From positions 41,044,001-41,108,000 of the forward strand of contig OX597839.1 of the NCBI GenBank assembly GCA_951406725.2: a stretch of DNA of 64,000 bases. The letters run 5' to 3'. Shown here piece by piece: positions 55,245 through 64,000 of this stretch (positions are counted from its first letter, which is position 1; each line of letters starts with the position of its first letter). Made by a program: the position numbers and the translations under genes. The notes beneath the pieces were generated by a model. It searched no databases. It saw only the letters and a program-made list of their open reading frames with translations, and was not told the DNA's origin. Source of the DNA: Octopus vulgaris (Eukaryota).

Positions 55245-56155
55245 ATAATTTCACAATACACCTGTATACATTCGTGGTGGCACACGTATAAAATTTTATG
55301 GTACATCTATATAATTTTATGTTACACCTATATAATTTTATAACAACTGTATAGTTTCGTGATACACCTGTGTAAATTGGCCACACCTTTGTATAAATTT
55401 TTCAACATATAGGCGCAGAAGTGGCTGTGTGGTAAGTAGCTTGCTAACCAACCACATGGTTCTGGGTTCAGTCCCACTGCGTGGCATCTTGGGCAAGTGT
55501 CTTCTGCTATAGCCCCGGGCTGACCAATACCTTGTGAGTGGATTTGTTAGACGGAAACTAACAAAAGGGACCGATAGAATAAGTACTGGGCTTACAAAGA
55601 ATAAGACCCGGGGTCGATTTGCTTGACTAAAGGCAGTGCTCCAGCATGGCCGCAGTCAAATGACTGAAACAAGTAAAAGAGTAATACCTATACAATTTCA
55701 TGATGCACCTATATAATAATTCACAAAGCACCTATATAAATTTCATGATGCACCTGTATGATAATTCATAACATAACTGTATAATTTCATACTGCATCTA
55801 TGTAATTTTGTTACCTGTACAAGTTAATGGCATACCTATATGATTACATGATATATATGTAAAATTTCATGACACACCTATATAAATTAATGACACATCT
55901 TTATAATTTTATGGCACACCTATATAAATTAACAACACACCTGTATAAACTCTTGACACTCCTGTATAATTTGACGAAACACCAGATAGTTACATGACAC
56001 ACCTGTAAATACTTATAATGCCTTTCATAAATTCATGATGCACGACACACCTGTGTCACTTCTTGATGCAAAACATACCTGTAACAGTTCTTGATGCATA
56101 ACATACCTGTGTCACTTCTTGATGCATATCATACCTGTATCACTTCTTGATGCAC
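55245..56155. repeat. Degenerate ~25-30-bp minisatellite (ACACCTGTATAATTTCATG-like) interrupted by a family A SINE at 55411-55683
   Basis: Recurrent CACCTRTATAAWTT; a 29-30-bp variant repeated four times at 56045-56155. Confidence 0.7.
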
Positions 56156-56601
56156 TAATACAAACCGAGAACCACTTCCTTTGATCTCTACTTCACAAAT
56201 GCATGTCAAATACATACCTGTGGCGTGAAGGTGACACCGTCAGTCTTCTCTCACTGTAATATAGTATAGCTACAGGTGTAATCACTTTGTTTCATCACCA
56301 TCATCACCATCATCATCACCATCATTGTTTGACGTCCATTTTCCATGCTGGCATGGGTAAGATGGTTTGATGCGATATGGCAATCTGCAGGGCTGCATTG
56401 AGCTCTGGTGTTAGCCATGGCATGGTTTCTATGGCTGGATGCCCTTTCTAACACCAACCACTTGACAAGCTTCTTACCACGTGGCCATTCCTGAGCCTAT
56501 GTATAATAAGAAAGTCAAATCATGCAATGATGTTTTCAATGCATTTAATATGCATATTTCAGATTATTGTGTAACATATATAAATGAAAAAGAAAAAAAA
56601 A

Positions 56602-56671
56602 GAATTCATCTCTTACTCAGTATCTTCCTTAAAATGTCTTCACTGAGGAAGATATTGTAAGAGATGAATTC
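56602..56671 (+). ncRNA. Candidate pre-miRNA-like hairpin
   Basis: 27-bp stem with one 2-nt bulge and two G.U pairs, 14-nt loop; not repeated elsewhere in the window. Confidence 0.35.
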
Positions 56672-57506
56672 CTCTTTTTTATCTATTGCATAATGATCTG
56701 AAACATGCATATTAAATTCATTCAGAATATCATTGTTCAGTATGACTGTATGCCAGAACACCTCAGACCGGGCGTTGTGAGTGTTTATTGAGCGAAAACA
56801 CCTAAAAGCTCCTCGAGGCTCCGGCAGGGGATGGTGGTGATCCCTGCTGTACTCTTTCACCACAACTTTCTCTCACTCTTACTTCCTGTTTCTGTTGTAC
56901 CTGTATTTCAAAGGGCCGGCCTTGTCACTCTCTGTGTCATGCTGAATATCCCCGAGAACTACGTTAAGGGGTACACGTGTCTGTGGAGTGCTCAGCCACT
57001 TACACGTTAATTTCACGAGCAGGCTGTTCCGTTGATCGGATCAACCGGAACCCTCGTCGTTGTAACTGACGGAGTGCTTCCATCCCATGCCAGAACAAGC
57101 TAACTAGTTCTTACTCCATTCACATGGATACTCTTACAAGAATTTGGAGTGGTTTGTTCTATTTAATTTAAGTCGGAAAATTCAGGCAATGTACTTTACT
57201 TCTAAGTAGAACATGATCCACGTATGTGTGTGTTTACAATGAACTTCTTTCACTTTTCATTTACTAAGTCCACTTGAGTGAAGGTGAATGGCCTTGTAGT
57301 TAGAGTGTTGCAATCTTGGATCACATGATTGTGGTTTCAACTCTTGAACTGGGCGGTGTGTTGTGTTCTTGAGCAAAGCACTCCATTTCACATTGCTCCA
57401 GAGCCCACTAGACTGTAAATGAATAACCATCTCATTCAGGGGGAATAATGTTATCTCAGCCATTTATACACTAAGAAAACCCGGTGTGTGATCCTATGAG
57501 CCTTAA

Positions 57507-57726
57507 CCCTTTCGTTTCCGCATTTATTTTGAGATGCCCTGTGTTTCTTTGAAGTACCCTAAATGTAAAAAAGAATTTAGTAAAATAACTTAGTTATCAT
57601 TCAGCTAGTGTTAGGAACATAAATTGTGACTAAGGTTTGGTGGAAGATTTTAATTCAGAACTTATGAAAACAAGACATTTGTACTCGGAGCCAGAACCGG
57701 TTTCAGCCGGGTTGGTAACGAAAGGG
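57507..57726. mobile_element. piggyBac-type MITE
   Basis: TTAA on both sides; TIRs CCCTTTCGTT / AACGAAAGGG. Confidence 0.85.
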
Positions 57727-58061
57727 TTAATCCTTTAGCGGTTAGATCACTCCGACCGAATATTTGGGCTAGACATGGCCTTTGGGCATACGTGATGCTT
57801 ATTTATTCATATTGTTTTGAATTAGTCAAACATAATCTTGTAGCTTTGAGATTTTGGTGATACAGTTGTTCATTTTTAGAATGACATTGTAGGGTAGGCT
57901 TGAGAGGCTGGATATGGCCAGTTTGAACATAATACAGGTTGAATATTTGGCCTAGTTTTCGCTGGTTTAAGCCTTTAACATTCAGATTACTCTCTCAAAC
58001 ATGGAGCTTATTCACGTTGTTTTGAATTAATCATGCATTATCTCTTGGCTTTAAGATTTCT

Positions 58062-58550
58062 ATCATCATCATCATCATCATCGTTTAGCGTCCGCTTTCC
58101 ATGCTAGCATGGGTTGGATGGTTCAACTGGGGTCTGTGAAGCCAGAAGGCTGCATCAGGCCCAGTCTGATCTGGCAGTGTTTCTACGGCTGGATGCCCTT
58201 CCTAACGCCAACCACTCCGTGAGTGTAGTGGGTGCTTTTTACGTGCCACCCGCACAGGTGCCAGACGGAGCTGGCAAACGGCCACGGACGGATGGTGCTT
58301 TTTACGTGCCACCGGCACGAGGGCCAGGCGAGGCTGGCAACGGCCACGATCGGATGGTGCTTTTTATGTGTCACCGGCATGGGGGCCAGGTGAGACTGGC
58401 AACGGCCACGAACGGATGGTGCTTTTTACGTGTCACCGGTACGGAGGCCAGTCGGGCCGGCGCTGGCAACGGCCACGATCGGATGGTTCGCTTACTTGTC
58501 ACCGGCACTGGTATCACAGCCGCAATTTCCATTGATGTTGATCGACTTCG
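58062..58550 (-). mobile_element. SINE-like family C
   Basis: Match to 3601-4115 and 11960-12414. Confidence 0.8.
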
Positions 58551-58844
58551 ATTTTGGTTCTGCTTTCTGATATCTGATTTGATTTGGTTTGATTTGATTT
58601 GATTGATGGGATTATTTATTTTTTCGAATGACATTGTATGGTTGGCACGAGAGGCCTGATATGGCTGATTTAATTATAAAACAAGAAGTAGGCGCAGGCA
58701 TGGTTGTGTGGTTAAAATGCTTGCTTTCTATCCACATGGTTCCAGGTTCAGTCCCACTGCATGACACCATGGGCAAGTGTCTTCTACTATAACCTCAGGC
58801 CAACTGAAGCCTCATGATTGAATCTGGTCGGCAGAAGTTATCCC

Positions 58845-59452
58845 TGTTCAAGGCGGCAAGTTGGCTGAAATGTTAGCACACCGGGCGAAATGTTTAGTGG
58901 TATTTCGTCTGCTGTTACGTTCTGAGTTCAAATTCCGCCGAGGTCGACTTTGCCTTTCATCCTTTCGGGGTCGATAAATTAAGTACCAGTTACGCACTGG
59001 GGTTGATGTAATCGACTTAATACCTATGTCTGTCCTTGTTTGTCCCCTCTGTGTTTAGCCCCTTGTGGGTAATAAAGAAATAGGTATTTCGTCTGCCGTT
59101 ATGTTCTGAGTTCAAATTCCGCCGAGGTCGACTTTGCCTTTCATCCTTTCGGGGTCGATAAATTAAGTACCAGTTACGCACTGGGGTTGATGTAATCGAC
59201 TTAATACCTATGTCTGTCCTTGTTTGTCCCCTCTGTGTTTAGCCCCTTTATGGGTAATAAAGAAATAGGTATTTCGTCTGCTGTTACGTTCTGAGTTCAA
59301 ATTCCGCCGACGTCGACTTTCCCTTTCATCCTTTCGGGGTCGCTTACATAAGTACCAGTTACGCACTGGGGGGCGATGTAATCGACTTAATTCCTTTGTC
59401 TGTCCTTGTTTATCCTCTCTATGTTTAGCCCCTTGTGGGCAATAAAGAAATA
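58845..59452 (+). mobile_element. SINE family B trimer with TSD
   Basis: AGAAGTTATCCC at 58833-58844 and 59453-59464; internal junctions AAAGAAATA|GGTATTTCGTC. Confidence 0.85.
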
Positions 59453-59693
59453 AGAAGTTATCCCCGTGTGTGTATAAGTGCTTGTGCCTCCTACTAGAGA
59501 GGGGAAAAAAAAAAATATGCGGAATGGAGTTTGGCCAGTTTGAATGTTATAAAGTCAACTGTTTATTCTTTTAGCATTCAGATCAATCTGTCAAATGCTT
59601 TACTTGTTTATAGATGTTATTCTGAATTAATCATGCATCGTCGTCTCATAGCTTTGAGATCTTCATGATGTGATTGTATATTTTTAGAATGAC

Positions 59694-59864
59694 AGGCGCA
59701 GGGAGTGGCTGTGTGGTAAGTAGCTTGCTAACCAACCACATGGTTCCGGGTTCAGTCCCACTGCGTGGCAGGCATCTTGGGCAAGTGTCTTCTGCTATGG
59801 CCCCGGGCCGACCAATGCCTTGTGAGTGGATTTGGTAGACGGAAACTGAAAGAAGCCTGTCGTA

Positions 59865-59901
<37 letters not shown>

Positions 59902-60023
59902 GCAAAAAAATATACAAACGGGACAAGAACGTGAAACATTTAGAAGACGATACAAAAAACACGGACGGGACATTCAAAGCCCTCAATCATCAGTCAAGAA
60001 CCGGATCATCTTCGCAATTTCGG

Positions 60024-60068
<45 letters not shown>

Positions 60069-60290
60069 ATGTGTGTTTGTATGTCTGTGTTTGTCCCCCT
60101 AGCATTGCTTGATAACCGATGCTGGTGCGTTTACGTCCCCGTCACTTAGCGGTTCGGCAAAAAGAGACCAATAGAATAAGTACTGGGCTTACGAAGAATA
60201 AGTCCCGGGGGTCGATTTGCTCGACTAAAGGCCGCAGACTAAATGCTCCAGCATGGCCGCAGTCAAATGACTGAAACAAATAAAAGGATA
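59694..60290 (+). mobile_element. SINE family A with a ~135-bp insertion in its (TA)n tract
   Basis: Insertion at about 59897-60028 bounded by (TA)n; related sequence in opposite orientation at about 18110-18205. Confidence 0.75.
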
Positions 60291-60889
60291 AAAGGAAAAG
60301 GAAGGATTGTAGTGTAGGTGTGTGCTGCCGTATCTGACCCATTTGAAGATAAACCAGGCAGAATATCTGGGCTGGATGTGGCTGGTTTAGCATTCAGATT
60401 ACTCAGTCGAATGTAATACTTATTTCTCTACATTGTTTGGAATTAATCCTGCATTACCTCATAGCTTTGGGATTTTGATGATGCTGTTGTGAGAGGCTAG
60501 ATCTAGCTGGTCTGAACATAGGATGGGTAGAATATTTGCATTGGGAGGCGGCGAGCTGGCAGAAACATTAGCACGCCACTAATGAAGGCGGCGAGATGGT
60601 AGAAATGTTAGTACGCCAAGCGAAATGCTTAGCGGTATTTCGTCAGCCGCTATGTTCTGAGTTCAAATTCCGCCGAAGACAACTTTGCCTTTCATCCTTT
60701 AGGGGGGGGGGGTCGATTAAATAAGTACCAGTTATGCACTGGGGTTGATATAATCGACTTAATCCCTTTGTCTATCTTTGTCTGTCTCCTCTATGTTTAG
60801 CGCCTTGTGGGCAACAAAGAAATAAGAAACATTAGCATGCTGGGCGAAATGCTTAGCGGTATTTTGTCTGTCTTTATGTTCTGAATTTT

Positions 60890-61228
60890 GAAGGCGCGTG
60901 GCTCAGTGGTTAGAGCATCGAGCTTACGATCGTGAGGTTGTGAGTTCGAATCCCGGACTGGGCTGCGTGTTGTGTTGTTGAGCAAGACACTTTATCTCAC
61001 GTTGCTCCAGTTAACTCAGCTATAGAAATGAGTTGTGACATCACAGGTGCCAAGCTGTATCGGCCCCTTTGCCTTTCCCTTGGACAACACTGAAGGCGTG
61101 GAGAAGGGAGGCTGGTGTGCATGGGCGACTGCTGGTCTTCCATAAACAACTTTGCCCAGACTTGTGCCTGGGAGGGTAACTTTCTAGGTGCAATCTCATG
61201 GTTAGTGTCATGACTGAAGGGGGTCCCG
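60890..61228 (+). mobile_element. SINE family D nested in a family B copy
   Basis: tRNA-like head GGCGCGTGGCTCAGTGGTTAGAGC...GTTCGAATCCC; ATGTTCTGA duplicated on both sides. Confidence 0.8.
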
Positions 61229-61592
61229 ATGTTCTGAGTTCAAATCCCACCGAGGTTGACTTTGCCTTTTTATCCTTTCAGAGTCAATAAATTAAGTACC
61301 AGTTGTGTGCTGGGGTCGATATAATTGACTGGTCCCCTCCCCAAAAATTTTGGGCCTTGTGCCTAGAGTAGAAAAGAATATTTGGTTTGGATATGGCTAG
61401 TTTAAACCCTTCAGCATTCAGAATACTCTATCGAATGTTGATCCCCCTTCGGTCATGAATGACCATGGGATTGCAATCTAGAAAGTTACCCTCCCAGGCA
61501 CAAGTCCTGGTATGGTTGCTTATGGAAGTCCAGGATTCGAACTCACAACCTCACAAACTCACAATCTATATATATATATATATATGCTGAGA

Positions 61593-61915
61593 CCCACTTC
61601 GGTCATGACTGACCATGGGATTGCACCTAGAAAGTAACCCTTCCAGGCACAAGTCCGGGCAAGGTTATTTATGGAAGGCTAGCAGTCGCCCATGCATACC
61701 AGCCTCCCCTCCTTTCCATACCACTGATGTTATCCAAGGGAAAGGCAAAGGGGCCGATACAGCTTGACACCTGTGATGTCGCAACACATTTTTACAGCTG
61801 AGTGAACAGGAGCACTGTGAAATAAAATGTCTTGCTCAAGAACACAATATGCAGCCCGGTCCAAAATTCGAACTCACAACCTCACGATTGTAAGCTCGAC
61901 GCTCTAGCCACTGAG
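61593..61915 (-). mobile_element. SINE family D
   Basis: Reverse complement of 60890-61228; further partial copy at 61443-61530. Confidence 0.8.
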
Positions 61916-63406
61916 TAAATAAGTATTACATCCTATCGAATGTAATACTTATTTATCCACATTGTTTTGAATCAATCCTGCATTATCTCATAGCTTTGCG
62001 ATTTCAAAGTTGTGATTGTTTTTGGAATGACATTGTAGGGTAGGTGTGAGAAGGTGGATCTGGCTGGGTTGATCATAAAGCACATAGAATATTTAGACCA
62101 GATATGGCCAGTTTAAATGCTAAAGAGTTAAGACTTGGGACATGGTCGTGTCCAGGGGTTCATGATCATGATGGTGGTGATGGTGGTGGTGATGATAATG
62201 ATGATGATGATCATGATCATGATGATAATTTTGGTGGTGGTGGTGGTGGTGATGATGGTGATGATGATGATGATGTCAATCTCTTGCACTGGACTGGTGC
62301 TTTGTGTTATTGACCCCTGAATAAATGAACAGTAAAGTTGACCTTGATTTTGAACTCAGAGCAAAATCTCTTCAGGTGTGTATTTATCCCTTGGATAATC
62401 ACATAGTCTTCAGGGGGTCAGTATTGGCCCCTTGCTCTTGTACTTTTGCCAGTTCACAACCCTTTATCGATATATTATTCCACTTAGAAGGCTTTGTGTA
62501 GCAGGAGTGGCAGCATTGCATATAGTGCCCTGCAGAGGAAGTGAACCTCAGACCGTAGCACTGAGAAATAAACTTCTTAACCACACGGCCACACCTTTGG
62601 AGCTTAAATCCTTAAAATCCTTTAAAATGTTTTAGCCCAAAGGCCACGGCCATGCTGGGGCACCACCGTTTATTAATTGAAACTAACACAGTCTTTTGAC
62701 TTATGAAGTCAGTTAGGCATGAACTCCAAATGAAAACTGACTCAGATGGTGATAACCTGTTCAGCCCATGGTCGCATGGAAAGTGGATATAAAAGGATGA
62801 TGACAGCGAAGTAAAAGAGAGAAAGTGTGTCTGTGTGTTTGTGTGTGTGTGTGTGTGTTTCTTTTGTGTATGCCTTTCAGGGTATGACTAAGAGGGTGTT
62901 TTGTTTTCGTATAGATGTCAAGAAACGTATATGAAAATAAAAACCTTCGCATACCCTACTCCAGTGACATATAACATGTACGTACATGCATATTTATACA
63001 CACACACACACGTGCTCACACACACACTCATACACATGCTTACACACATACATACACAGGGGCACACACTGACATAGATATTCATGCATTTATACTGATA
63101 CATATACACACTGATTTCACTGCACACATACATACACACACACACACCGAAGGTGGAAGCTAGTATTAAGTGCTGCCATAGCTCTGTGGTTGAGAAGCTC
63201 ACTTTGCAAGCCTGTGGTTTCAGTTTCAGTCCCACTGCACAGCACCTTGGGCAAGTATCTTCCATTATAGCCCTCGGCTAACCAGTACCTTGTTACAGGT
63301 TTTAGTAGACGGAAACTGTGTGCAAGCATACTGTGTATATATGTGTGGGTGTGTGTGTGTGTGTATGTTTGTGTGTCTATGTTTGCCCTGTTTATAATTA
63401 TACCAT

Positions 63407-63580
63407 AGGCACAGGAGTGGCTGTGTGGTAAGTAGCTTGCTAACCAACCACATGATTCCGGGTTCAGTCCCACTGCGTGGCACCTTGGGCAAGTGTCTTC
63501 TGCTATAGCCCCGGGTCGACTAATGCCTTGTGAGTGGATTTGGTAGACGGAAACTGAAAGAAGCCTGTCGTATATATGTA

Positions 63581-63638
<58 letters not shown>

Positions 63639-63820
63639 CTTGTGTGTCTGCTTGACAACCTATGCTGGTGTGTTTACGTCCCCGTCACTTAGCGGTTTGG
63701 CAAAAGAGACCGATAGAATAAGTACTGGGCTTACAAAAGAATAAGTCCCGGGGTCGATTTGCTCGAGTAAAGGCGGTGCTCCAGCATGGCCGCAGTCAAA
63801 TGACTGAAACAAGTAAGAGT
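63407..63820 (+). mobile_element. SINE family A
   Basis: Match to other copies. Confidence 0.85.
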
Positions 63821-64000
63821 AATAGAAAAAAGTTACATATTTATTATATCATACTCTGTGGACGAAGATCCCCGTTGACAGGACCCTGGCATTTATTGAG
63901 TGTTAAAAACTTTCAGTATGCAAATTAGGGACCCCTTCACAGAGTAACTGCTGCATTTGTTGAGTATATAAACATTTTGGCTGCTTGCTCCTTTTGAGAC

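Noticed and set aside
60890-60965. Additional tRNA gene
   Set aside because: No acceptor stem pairing; continues into the SINE D body.

Overview
Repeat-dense, gene-poor eukaryotic DNA. The interspersed repeat families and extreme microsatellite load look like a coleoid cephalopod (Octopus-type) genome; this is an inference from recognition, not a search. Nearly all ORFs in the supplied track are microsatellite or SINE artefacts. Well supported: three tRNA-Thr(TGT) genes (545-617, 1560-1632, 2198-2270); one probable first coding exon of a plus-strand gene (30709-31041, product unrecognised, no further exon found); remnants of a Penelope GIY-YIG endonuclease, RTE and CR1 LINEs and a DD37D-type Tc1/mariner transposase; hAT and piggyBac-type MITEs with target-site duplications (TSDs); four SINE-like families in dozens of copies; several minisatellites. 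Best leads: (1) a tRNA-headed short element carrying a decayed Penelope-type minimal hammerhead ribozyme motif, inserted as a head-to-head inverted unit with a 13-bp TSD (51985-52441); (2) a candidate multi-exon minus-strand transcript whose exons splice into one 107-aa orphan ORF (9108-16485); (3) a pre-miRNA-like hairpin (56602-56671); (4) a tRNA gene boxed in by nested inverted repeats. Repeat boundaries are approximate unless a TSD is quoted.
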